From NCBI GenBank assembly GCA_024346625.1, contig AP024667.1, positions 806,001-870,000 on the forward strand: a stretch of 64,000 nt of DNA, given 5' to 3'. The notes beneath the pieces were generated by a model, which searched no databases, had not been told where the DNA came from, and saw only the letters and a list, made by a program, of their open reading frames with translations. Position numbers and translations under genes: made by a program. The stretch comes from Williopsis jadinii (Eukaryota). Within the stretch, counting starts at the first letter, position 1, and each line of letters begins with the position of its first letter. Positions 1 to 11,454 of the stretch are shown here, in pieces.

Positions 1-1305
1 GTTGGTCAAGGGACCTACTCTAAGAATCAATTGAAAAGTCAACGAGTCATCTCTCCAGCCCTTACTTCAACAACGCAAATGCTGTATCGAATAGACTCCA
101 TCCTATATGATTCACTAAATTACTGTCCATTTGCTGGTTATTTCATTCCCCAATGCTTTCCCTGACTCAAAGGGTCATGCTGCGGAATCAGGGTGCTACA
201 TGGATATGGCGAATAGCAGTACACTACGCCGCTAATCTGTTCTATGCATACCCCATAGCAAGGTACTTTGCTGGCAAACACTATACCTTCTGTCTCCTCA
301 TTTTGCTCACAAGGTGGTGTTGATCGACGCATCTTGATTTGGGCAGATGTCTTTGCTAACGGGATGCACCTTTTTTGAAGAAGGGATGCCCACATTAACA
401 GGCCGGGCTCAGGAGCTCTGTATTTAGGGCCAACCCTACGTGTTAAAACCACTGCTATCGTACAGAGATAGTAAAACAGTAAGTCAAATCCCCGGGTCAC
501 GCCATAGGAATATACCCCCCTCTCATGAATTAGTACAAGTTAACTCTGACCATAATTTTATAGGCATGGTGTAAGCCACGGGGCATGCTCCCTCTCGCCA
601 TCCCCATATGGCCTCTCTTGTTCAGACGACAAGTCGAGTGGCACTTGTTTGAACCCATAGCAATCACCAGCAAAGCCAAATACCAAGACTGTGACTTGTG
701 GAAAAGTTCGAAACCAACTGTAAAAGTGTGTCTAGAATCTTCCTTTTGTCCTTCAACTGGGTTGCCTCATCCTGAATCCTGATTTTAGGCACGGGATGAA
801 AACCTTACTCAAATTAGTCCCCAGGTGTCAGCCTGTCGTTTAGTGTGGGATATGGGACGGCAAAAATTCTCTCAACTTATGAACTACAAACACATATGGC
901 AAGAGGTGGAAATTGCTGCTAGTTTTTACCAGCTTAAATCTGGCTTTTCTCGTATATCTCATATTCCCTTGGTCATACCACCGCTTTGAGTTGGGTGACC
1001 CCACAGCCTCTCGGAAAAATTCAATCCTTGGCTAGATGGTCCCGGAAATGACGGCCATAGAAAAAATTTTTTGCTGCTGGTGTGAAGTCCGGAAAAACCA
1101 TTCGACACGGGGTCAATGCATAGATTTTCCGGGATATGTCAGGTGTTGGCAAGAGGTGCAAAAATTGCTTAAATTCATTCCAATTTTCCCCCTTCCTAAA
1201 CAATCCTGGACTTATTCTAATTAGTGTAAGAGTACGACAGCATATAGAAAACAAGGCATAGTTCTAGAACATATTGTGAAGCAATATCATATTCATTATA
1301 TCAAG

Positions 1306-1770
1306 ATGATAGGTTCATCTCTTTTATTGCATAGGGACGGGAGCCCAAAGGAAAAGACGCAGACGTGCACAATCAAGAAAGAATCCGATAAGAGCAAAGT
1401 GAAACAGTTCATCAAACTTTTGAAAGAAGGACCAGCGGGAAGCAGTTCATACAATAACTTCTCGAGTTATGAAGACGAGACTGAAGAGGAGGATGCACCA
1501 CTACCAAGAAGGAAATCCAAGTATGAACTGTTCCTCAAGCATAGAGTGAGGGAAGCACAGGTACGTGATTTTACAATTCAACTGATGGTTATTAAATGGA
1601 AGAACCATAACTAACAACGGTCTTAGATTCAAAGCTATAACGAGGAAATACAGAGAGAATCTACCAGATCCTCCAGCCGGTCGAGCTCAAGCAGCTGCTT
1701 CAGCTCAACTTCATCGCTCAACTCCCTAAAGAGGGTGAGATTTGCGGACACCGTGGACTCTGCATTTTGA
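1306..1770 (+). CDS. Spliced 132-aa uncharacterised protein with C-terminal RVxF (KRVRFAD) motif; exons 1306-1560 and 1627-1770
   Basis: ATG 1306; donor GTACGT at 1561, branch AACTAAC ~1609-1615, TAG at 1624-1626. Splicing joins ...VREAQ to IQSYNEEIQRE...SLNSLKRVRFADTVDSAF* in frame. Confidence 0.75.
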
Positions 1771-1875
1771 ACGTATAATGCATGGAAAACTTTACGATTT
1801 TACGATGAAACTTACAAGAGTAAGATGAGACACTACTGGTTTATATAATAATGATGATACTGCATAACAGGTCTA

Positions 1876-3255
1876 TTACTTCTTCTTTTGAGAGGTAGAG
1901 TTCTTTGGTAGCTCCTTAACAAATGGAATGAACTCTGGTTCACCTGGGATGTACTTTCTCAACACCTCTGGGATGACAAGACCTTCTTCCGTTTGGTAGT
2001 TCTCCAAGATACAGCACAGGGCACGTTCAGTGGCACACAAAGTAGAGTTCAAGCAGTGGACGTACTTCTTTTCACGGTCAGTCATCTTCTTGATACCACA
2101 TCTGATCTCCAAGTTTCTGGATTGGTAATCTGTACAGTTAGAGCAAGAAACCAACTCCTTGTATTCCTCCTGGAATGGGAACCAGGCCTCCAAGTCGTAC
2201 TTCTTAGCAGCTGCGTTGTTCAGCTCACCAGAAACAATGGCGACAACTCTGTATGGCAATCCAAGGGACTTGTAGAACTCTTCAGACAAGTTGATCATAC
2301 GGTCAAACTCTTCCCATGATTTCTCTGGCTCAGTGAGACAGAACTGTTCAATCTTCTCAAAGGCATGGACACGGAAGATACCCCAAGCATCCTTTCCGTG
2401 GGAACCAGCTTCTCTTCTGAAACAAGAGGAGTAACCAGCGTATCTAACTGGCAACTGTTCTGCTGGGGATTCAAACCACTCACCAGCATGGTAAGCAGAG
2501 ATTGGTTGTTCAGAAGTGGCAATCAAGTACTTCTCATCTTCACCATCGATAACCTTGTACAATTCCTCGTCGAATTGCGACAACTGGGCGGTCTTGGCCA
2601 TCACCTCTTTGTTCATCATCACAGGTGCTTGCAATGGAGTGTAACCACCGTTCTTGGCCAAAAAGTTCAATCCGTAGTTGATCAATGCCTGGTTCAAGAA
2701 CACACCATAGTTTCTCAAAAAGTAACCTCTGTGACCAACAATACGGACACCACGTTCAGGATCGTAACCGTCCAGACGGAGTAACACTTCGTGGTGCGAC
2801 AACTTGGCCTCCTTACCAGTGGCAGCGGCAACCTTGGCCACCTTCTCGTACCCCTCTGGGTTCCAGTCTCTCACGAGCCCGTTGTTGTCCTCGTTGTCAG
2901 ACACTGGCACAGACTCGTGGACAATGTTACCAACCTGGTTCACTTTGAACTTCAGCGCCTTGTCAAGCTCCTGCTCCTTGACGATGAGGTCCTTCTTCTT
3001 CTCTGCAATCGCATCCTTCTCCTTCAACAGCTCAGACGCATCTTCCTTGGCCTTGAACTTCAACCCAATCTCCTTCTGCACCTTGTTCTGCTGCTTGTTC
3101 AGAGCATCCAGGTCAAATCTGATCTTGGTCCACTCCTTGTACGACTGAACAATGTCATCAACAAGCTCAACAGACGCATAACGCGCAGCCTGTGACTTCT
3201 TGATGAGCTCAGGGTTACCGCCTTTCTCTTCAATGAACTGTGAAATGTCCAACAT
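1876..3255 (-). CDS. SES1: Cytosolic seryl-tRNA synthetase
   Basis: 459 aa; N-terminal coiled coil, ATSEQP, motif 2 FRREAGSHG, ELVSCSNCTDYQSR, motif 3 LNSTLCATER. Confidence 0.98.
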   Translation of the reverse strand: MLDISQFIEEKGGNPELIKKSQAARYASVELVDDIVQSYKEWTKIRFDLDALNKQQNKVQKEIGLKFKAKEDASELLKEKDAIAEKKKDLIVKEQELDKALKFKVNQVGNIVHESVPVSDNEDNNGLVRDWNPEGYEKVAKVAAATGKEAKLSHHEVLLRLDGYDPERGVRIVGHRGYFLRNYGVFLNQALINYGLNFLAKNGGYTPLQAPVMMNKEVMAKTAQLSQFDEELYKVIDGEDEKYLIATSEQPISAYHAGEWFESPAEQLPVRYAGYSSCFRREAGSHGKDAWGIFRVHAFEKIEQFCLTEPEKSWEEFDRMINLSEEFYKSLGLPYRVVAIVSGELNNAAAKKYDLEAWFPFQEEYKELVSCSNCTDYQSRNLEIRCGIKKMTDREKKYVHCLNSTLCATERALCCILENYQTEEGLVIPEVLRKYIPGEPEFIPFVKELPKNSTSQKKK

Positions 3256-3402
3256 GTTTCGTACTCGTTCTCCTTGTTGGTGAAGTGTGTGTTTGTTGTG
3301 CCTTTGTTAGAGAAGGAAAAGTGATAGAAAAAACGTCCAAGTGTCGTTTTTGTTGTCGAAGCGGTGGTGGAAGCCAGAAAAAAACAAAAAAACACTTCCG
3401 AG

Positions 3403-3436
3403 GGCTCATCGGCCGGTTCTGAAAAAATTTCATCGG
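3403..3436. promoter_or_regulatory. PAC-like and RRPE-like ribosome-biogenesis motifs in the SES1/FAP7 divergent promoter
   Basis: GCTCATCG (PAC-like) next to TGAAAAAATTT (RRPE-like), upstream of FAP7. Confidence 0.55.
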
Positions 3437-3544
3437 AGGGATGGCTGCTGCGATGTTCCGAGGCTTCATTTAACGAGACATAAATCAGCTTCTTCTGTAT
3501 ACTTTGTGCTGTGCTGTGCTGTGCTGTGTGCTGATAATACTGAG

Positions 3545-4099
3545 ATGTCCACTAGACCGTTGCCTAACATTGTGATTACTGGTACGCCGGGGTGTGGTAA
3601 GACGTCGCATGCTGAGCAATTGTGTAGAGAGGCACCTGCGTTTAAGCATATAAACGTCACGGAGTTTGCGAAGGCGTACGACTGCTTTGATGGGTACGAC
3701 GAGGAGAGAAAGTGCCATATTGTGGACGAGGATAAGCTGTGTGATGCACTGGAGCCAATGCTGGAGCAAGGTGGCATTGTGATCGACTGGCACGCTTGCG
3801 ACTGGCTTCCAGAGAGACTTGTAGACCTCGTTATCGTTCTCAAGACAGATAACGGGATCCTATACGATAGATTGGAGAAGAGAGGGTACCCACAGAGTAA
3901 AATCGACGAGAACATCGACTGTGAGATCATGGAGGTCATTGCTAACGAGGCCAGAGAGTCATATGCGCCAGAGATCGTCATCGAGCTGCAATCCAATACT
4001 ACAGAGGATATGGATGAGAACGTTCACAGAATCGTGTCTTGGATAGATACCTGGAAGATCAATAACCCTGCTGGTGCATCTAATGAGCTTCCTATGTAA
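3545..4099 (+). CDS. FAP7: Atypical adenylate kinase/ATPase (AK6 family), 40S maturation
   Basis: MSTRPLPNIVITGTPGCGKT P-loop, DWH motif, LYDRLEKRGY, ENIDCEI. The first ATG is 3545; the ORF track starts at an upstream GTG. Confidence 0.95.
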   Translation: MSTRPLPNIVITGTPGCGKTSHAEQLCREAPAFKHINVTEFAKAYDCFDGYDEERKCHIVDEDKLCDALEPMLEQGGIVIDWHACDWLPERLVDLVIVLKTDNGILYDRLEKRGYPQSKIDENIDCEIMEVIANEARESYAPEIVIELQSNTTEDMDENVHRIVSWIDTWKINNPAGASNELPM

Positions 4100-4118
4100 G
4101 ACGTACATACGTATGGAT

Positions 4119-4685
4119 TTAATTGTCATGGAGGAACTTTTTAACCAAAACAAGAGCTTTGTAACGATGCGAAATGGTGTTCTTTAAGGACTTGTCCATC
4201 TCACCGTAGGTCTGCTTGTACCCATTTGGCTGAAAGATTGGATCCCATCCAAATGGCGAGTCACCGTTATAACGTGGTACATCAACTATGGTACCATCGT
4301 TGACACCTTGGAATAGCTTCACTTCGCAGCCTGGGCCCTCGCAGTAGGCAAAAGTGCAGACGGCCTGAGCAGATTTGTCTTCAAACCCACTTAGAAGCTT
4401 TGGCAAACCTTCAACACCAAGAGAATCCAAAAACCACTTAATATACGGGCCTGGAAGCTCCAAGTTTGGTTTGGACAATGCATTGAACACAAGACAAGTA
4501 TCTTCAACGAGGACTGGGCCACCAATGGCGTTGGCAGCGGCCTTGGCCTTCTTTGTAGAGATCTCGGCAATTGACCCTTGAATCTCTTCAAGATCAATCT
4601 TTTGATGGACGATACTTGAATCCTCAACAATCGCTTGGAACTCTTTCAGCTTGTTCAAATTTCCCGTGACAAATGTAATTGGCAT
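4119..4685 (-). CDS. HAM1: Inosine triphosphate pyrophosphatase
   Basis: ITFVTGNxx[25 protein letters not shown] and SHR motifs; ATG at 4685. Confidence 0.95.
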   Translation of the reverse strand: MPITFVTGNLNKLKEFQAIVEDSSIVHQKIDLEEIQGSIAEISTKKAKAAANAIGGPVLVEDTCLVFNALSKPNLELPGPYIKWFLDSLGVEGLPKLLSGFEDKSAQAVCTFAYCEGPGCEVKLFQGVNDGTIVDVPRYNGDSPFGWDPIFQPNGYKQTYGEMDKSLKNTISHRYKALVLVKKFLHDN

Positions 4686-4933
4686 CGTCTCTATGACTGG
4701 TTTTCCCTGGTATTCAACGTCTGACAGTTGTTTCAACAGAAGAGCTCGATTTGTCTAAAAACGTTTTGATGCACAGTGTCCCCTTTACAAAAATGTATAT
4801 TACAACGAGTTGTCGCAACAATGTTTCAAACTGGGGGCTAACATTGGTGGGTATATAAGTTCATAAGAGTTCTTTATAGAGGGGTCAGTAATTAGATAGA
4901 GAGGTCGTTTGAAGACTTCTTCGTAGAGTCACT

Positions 4934-5137
4934 ATGGTCACATACTCGTATACGCTTTTCAAGCCGGCAACTCATGGTTCAGTGAAATCACCACAGGCTT
5001 CATCAGCGAGAGGGTTCAAGAACAGTCCACAGGAACAGAGCGAGAACAACAACTTCGACCCATTAAAATACTTTAACTTCCCAGAGTTTCCCAAGGTTGA
5101 GACCAGTGACATTTATGGGGGAGATCACAAGAAATAA
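4934..5137 (+). CDS. Putative 67-aa microprotein of unknown function
   Basis: TATATAA at ~4852, STRE-like AGGGG/CCCCT upstream, good ATG context, preferred codons (TTC, AAC, AAG, CCA). It fills the HAM1-CSC1 gap. Confidence 0.55.
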   Translation: MVTYSYTLFKPATHGSVKSPQASSARGFKNSPQEQSENNNFDPLKYFNFPEFPKVETSDIYGGDHKK

Positions 5138-5157
5138 CGGGCAAATGAATTACATTT

Positions 5158-7656
5158 TCATTCCCATTCGGACGATATATGGTACTTTCTGATGATATGG
5201 CCATGAAGACTCGTTGGATCAAATCGGATCTGCTGTAGATAATCTCCATCAAAGCCAATTATTGGTCCATCAAGAGGGTCATCAAGGTATGGGCACACAT
5301 ACTTCTTATTCAACTCTCTGAGTTCATCCAGTGTGCTTGCCCTCTTCTTAACAGTTCTTCTTTGTGCTTCATTTGTAGGTGACGCTAAGGCTGTAGAAGA
5401 ACCAACATTACTTGTTAGAGTGCTCTTCTTTATGGCCTTAAGCGCAATGTAAAAGGATAATGGCAAGTAGTCCTTCTCAAATGTGTAAAATACCACAAAC
5501 GTACTAAGTACCAGTGGTACCACCATAATGGCAAAGAAATATGCGTGCTCAAGAGCCAAGGTTCCAGCCATGGTCAGCTGAAATATCACCAGTCCAAGAC
5601 ACACCCTTCTGAAGATCATAGGCCACGATTGGCCAGTGGAGTGTTGAGGGTGTACCATAGAGTACATTAACTGATATTTGTAGGTATAATATCCTAGGAA
5701 GAAATACACCAAACCTGCGGTGACGATCTTCGTAGACATGATGGAGTAACTCATGGTGATGATCATGATGAGAATATGCTGCGGGAGTACCAAGGAGAAG
5801 TCAAAGATAGGTGGGACGTAGTAAAGGTTTCTGAAATCCCTTGCTGTACGACAGTAGAACATCTTTGCTATAATTTCAAGACAAACATCACCCACTTGTA
5901 GTAATCTGAATGGGAACATGCCTAATCCTTGTAACAGGATAAGGTCGACATAGAACAAAGACAACGTCTTTAAAGAATTTGCAAGCTCATAAGCTACTTT
6001 TGTAGTGTCTGAGAACAAGGCCCAAACGTTGGTCGCCGTCCCTGCCAAAGTAAAGATCAAAAACAAATTGAAGAAGAGATAGAAAAAGTTCTTCGAAGTT
6101 GCAGATAGTTCCACTTGTCCATTAGAGATGTAACCTTGCAACGTTGACAAGTATTGATAGAAGTATGGAACAGAAACATTCAAGAGAGTATATAGATATG
6201 GTGGAACCAACCCGATGAGTAATGTTAGCGTATCAGATTGAGATATCAGATCCCCCAAAGCTGGCCAGAACTTTTGAATGGTTTTCAAGTTGATAAAAGT
6301 TGACAAGTAAATAACAGGAAAGATCAACCCTACTGTAGAGATTGCAATGACAAAAGTTATCAAGTTGGATCTGAGGAATCTGTTCCCTCTGGATAGGCAC
6401 AAATTATCCCAGCAGATGTCATGTGGTGCTGGAGCTAACCTTGCAATCAACCTGTACAAGTGAGGGTCAATTACCGTCTGAGCAGCCATTTGTGCCGATG
6501 CCACGGAGTCCATGGTGACAAATGCGGCTCTGGCAGCGGGTAGATTCACCATTTGACGTTCTGCTGTAATTCTTCTATCAACATCAACAAGTTTATTGGA
6601 ATAGTATGATATTGCATCAACCTCTTCACCAAATATCCCCAAGAACCCCAGTCTCTTCTTTGGTCTCTTGTCTGAGCCGAGTAACGAGTCCGATTCCGAG
6701 TATTGTGGGATTAATTCTCTTGGTGTCACTGATGGTTCTAAATTGCCCGATGTATACACCTCCACTGTTAGTGGAATGTATTTTGAATACGCAACTTCGA
6801 GGTTTCTCATGATTCGCTTCCTCTCTTGGAACAACTTCCTGAGTCTTGACCAGTCAGATGCGATTGAGATATCTCTAACTTTACCGATCCCCAGATCTTC
6901 TATATACCTCTTGAGTCTATCTTCATCAAATTTAGAAGCTTCATGTTCATTATTACCGGACAGCTCAGACGTTGAACTAGTGTCGCTGTTGCTGTAGTCA
7001 TAAGGGTTGAATTCAGTTGGTAATCCCTCGAGTAAGATCGTTCGATCAGTTATAGAGTTCTGTTGACCGAGGTACCTCTGCCGTACTGAAACCACAAGTT
7101 CAGTCTGCGACCAGAGAAAGTAGTACACGATCCAGGTGAAGACGTACGTAAATAACGCATACATCCATGCTGTAGAGGCGAGTCCATTGTTCTCTCCATC
7201 GTCATCACCATCGCCCTTACTTTTCGAGAGGAAAACCGACAACACAGATCCTGATGACTCACCGTCCCAGGATATACCATCGCTATCGAAAAACCCCGTG
7301 TAGTAGTACCGTATAGGGCCTATAAAGCACATCGATATTGCAAGGAACGTTGCAAAGAGCTTTATCGCCATACGGAAGAACCCGAGATACACATACGCAT
7401 CCAGCCCGGACTGCTCCAGCACTTCAGCGTCCGATACGTTATACAACGTCAAACACCATCCAAACAGGGTCTTGGGCAACGGCGTCAGTCCATTCTTCCT
7501 CAGCACTCGCACCCCATAGATATGGGGCCATCTGTATCGCAGCAGACTGAACAGAAGAAACGCTGATACCCCGAGAACCGTACACACCGCGAGCTGAGCT
7601 TTAAACACTCGTAATGGCTGCTTTGTAGGGTCTATGTCAGGAGGAAGTGCACTCAT
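5158..7656 (-). CDS. CSC1: OSCA/TMEM63-family calcium-permeable stress-gated cation channel
   Basis: ~832 aa multi-TM protein; GLDAYVYLGFFRM, AFVTMDSVASAQMAAQ, APAPHDICWDNL, YQLMYSMVHPQHSTG; ATG at 7656. Confidence 0.9.
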   Translation of the reverse strand: MSALPPDIDPTKQPLRVFKAQLAVCTVLGVSAFLLFSLLRYRWPHIYGVRVLRKNGLTPLPKTLFGWCLTLYNVSDAEVLEQSGLDAYVYLGFFRMAIKLFATFLAISMCFIGPIRYYYTGFFDSDGISWDGESSGSVLSVFLSKSKGDGDDDGENNGLASTAWMYALFTYVFTWIVYYFLWSQTELVVSVRQRYLGQQNSITDRTILLEGLPTEFNPYDYSNSDTSSTSELSGNNEHEASKFDEDRLKRYIEDLGIGKVRDISIASDWSRLRKLFQERKRIMRNLEVAYSKYIPLTVEVYTSGNLEPSVTPRELIPQYSESDSLLGSDKRPKKRLGFLGIFGEEVDAISYYSNKLVDVDRRITAERQMVNLPAARAAFVTMDSVASAQMAAQTVIDPHLYRLIARLAPAPHDICWDNLCLSRGNRFLRSNLITFVIAISTVGLIFPVIYLSTFINLKTIQKFWPALGDLISQSDTLTLLIGLVPPYLYTLLNVSVPYFYQYLSTLQGYISNGQVELSATSKNFFYLFFNLFLIFTLAGTATNVWALFSDTTKVAYELANSLKTLSLFYVDLILLQGLGMFPFRLLQVGDVCLEIIAKMFYCRTARDFRNLYYVPPIFDFSLVLPQHILIMIITMSYSIMSTKIVTAGLVYFFLGYYTYKYQLMYSMVHPQHSTGQSWPMIFRRVCLGLVIFQLTMAGTLALEHAYFFAIMVVPLVLSTFVVFYTFEKDYLPLSFYIALKAIKKSTLTSNVGSSTALASPTNEAQRRTVKKRASTLDELRELNKKYVCPYLDDPLDGPIIGFDGDYLQQIRFDPTSLHGHIIRKYHISSEWE

Positions 7657-8005
7657 TTCCAGTGAAAGAGCAAGCTGTTGGAAGAGTAATGAATGGTGAT
7701 GAAGTCTCGTTGTGCTTTGTTTACATCTTTGTGTATACACAATATCCGGTACAGGCAACACTTTTTCCAGGCTGAAGACTGGAGCAGCGACAAAAACACC
7801 CTCATTGGGTAATTACCTGTTTAGGAAGTACGACAAGTGAAAATTTCCTCGACGTGGACTGCGACGCAAAACTAAAGCGAAAAAACAACACAAAGCAATA
7901 GGCAAATACCTCATTTCGTTGCTGAGTATTGATTCGGATCTCTGTCTCTCTCTGTGTGCGTGTGTTTAAGTGTGTTCACTGCTCAAGAGGGTTCGTCTTT
8001 ATACA

Positions 8006-9250
8006 ATGAGTGACCTCTACTTGGTGATTGACGTGACAACCACCTGCGATGAACATGGTGTTTATGTCTCAAAGGACTCTGCCGAGGTGATTGAGATGGC
8101 GTGGAGGTTGTTGGATGCCTCCACGTTACACGAGATTGCCAGAGACTCTGTTCTGAGCCGTCCCACAAACACCCCTATCACAGCTCTGTGTACCAACTTG
8201 ACGACGTTAACATGGGAGCACGTGAGAAACAGCGGGAACTTCAAGGATGCGATCTCCAAGCTGGATGCGTTTGTCCACGAGTACATCATCTCCAAGAACC
8301 TCGAATTCACCTTTGTCACTTGGGATGCTTGGGATTTGAGGGTACAGCTACCGAGAGAGGCACGTGACAAGACTGTGGTTCTACCACCATATCTACAGCA
8401 TGCGCGTGTGTTTGACATCAAGGATGAGTATGCCAAATGGCAAGCTCATCATCCCGAGGCATTGAGTTACTCTGCCTCTAACTTATCGAGCATCCTGACC
8501 GCACTTGAAGTTGAACTTGATCCAAGCAATACCAGTTTCCAGGTTCATCCACAACAACTGCAATCACAGTCTCAGCAACCGCATCATAATCACCATCATC
8601 AAGGTACTCAACAGGAAGGTCGTCGTGCCGGCGAGGAAGTTGAAATAGTCACGTCCATTCTCAAGGCCTTGGTTAAGAAGTGTACTCCTGCTCAGGACCA
8701 CCATGATGTGCTAACTCATCCATATGACGCGCGTGCTGATGTGCGTGCATTCTTGGCTGAAAGATCAAAAGTACTATATATGACCAACCTGCCATATGAC
8801 ACTACTCAGAGCGAATTGGAGAGCTGGTTCACACAATACGGAGGCCGTCCAATCGCATTCTGGACATTGAAAACACCAGACCAGAATAAACCAACAGGCT
8901 CTGGATTTGCAGTGTTCAGCTCTCATGAAGAGGCTGCAGAGTCATTGGCGATGAATGGTCGCTCGCTCAATGACAAATGCATCCAGGTTCAACCTTCAAG
9001 TGCCCGTGTCCTAGACCGTGCACAGGAAATCTTGACCTTGTTCCCTCCTTCAAAGAACCGTCCAAGACCTGGTGACTGGACTTGTCCAAGTTGTGGGTTC
9101 TCGAACTTCCAACGTCGTACTGCATGCTTCCGTTGCTCATTCCCTGCCTCATCTGCTGCTGCTGTTCAAGAGTCCATATACACTGCCAATGGTAACGGTT
9201 CTCAGGGCTCAGCCAACACTAACAACAACGGTAACGGCAATAATAATAGC

Positions 9251-9281
<31 letters not shown>

Positions 9282-9823
9282 GTCATAACCATGGACATGC
9301 CCACAGCAACAACCACACTAACAACAATCACAACCATGGCCATGCTCACAACCATACGCATAATAGCAACGGCCATAACCACAGCAACAATAACAACAAC
9401 AATAACAATAACAACGGCAACGGCAATAATAACAACAACAACAACAATAACAATAACCATAACAATCATGGCGGCAACAATCATAACAATGGCCATGGTC
9501 AAAGGTTTTCATCGGTGCCATTCAGAGCTGGTGATTGGAAATGTGGTAATGACGGCTGTGCATACCACAACTTTGCAAAGAACATCTGTTGCCTGAGATG
9601 TGGTGCTCCACGGGTTCAGCAAGTTCAGGGTCAAAGTGCAGCTGGACAAGGCTCGTCTGGCCAGTTGACTGGACAACAAGGTCAACCAAGGGCTCAGGCT
9701 CAGGACCAACAGCAGTCCGCCAGATATTTCCAACAGGTTTACAACACGGATATGAAAGATCTATCCAAGAATTTGTCAGGTATAAACATCGGTTATGCAG
9801 TGAATAACTCTGAGAACTGGTGA
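8006..9823 (+). CDS. NRP1: Asparagine-rich RNA-binding protein (exonuclease-like domain, RRM, two RanBP2 zinc fingers)
   Basis: RRM (VLYMTNLP...GFAVFSS), GDWTCPSCGFSNFQRRTACFRC and GDWKCGNDGCAYHNFAKNICCLRC, N-rich linker; adjacent to SFA1 as in S. cerevisiae. Confidence 0.93.
9214..9498 (+). repeat. (AAC/AAT/CAY) trinucleotide low-complexity tract encoding poly-Asn/His
   Basis: Directly visible AAC runs within NRP1. Confidence 0.9.
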
Positions 9824-10246
9824 AGGGATCAATCAGGGACCAACAAGGTGAAGTGTCTGCTACTTCTGGATAGCAGAGCATATTATTCAGAAAAGGAGAG
9901 AGATTATATATAGTACAGATGATCGGAGGGGAGCTTGGAATTGTTTATATACCGTGCTTGCGTGTATTTATATTATATTGTTTTTAGGTGTTGTTTTGTC
10001 AACGTTTGAGGTACAAACTGGTTTGGTTTAATGATGTTGGAGAGGTGAACGAATAAGATTACTTCTCGACAAGTATTAATTTTAAGGTATGTTATTACAA
10101 AGCTATAGCTATAGTTGATTCTACATAGTTGATTCTATCAGCTCAAAGAAGGTGCATTCTGTTCTTTGTTTTTAATTACATAAATGTAGGGTTGTGCCTC
10201 TCGGACCACTGGCTCATCACAGATGACTTTGGCGAGGCTCGGCTAG

Positions 10247-11454
<1,208 letters not shown>

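Noticed and set aside
3341..3544. N-terminal extensions in the ORF track (also HAM1, CSC1, NRP1, FRE copy A, L2HGDH-like)
   Set aside because: Most start at GTG/TTG and run through promoter sequence; homology or targeting signals begin at the downstream ATG.
9072..9596. Poly-Thr, poly-Val and poly-Cys ORFs
   Set aside because: Alternative frames of the NRP1 AAC tract.
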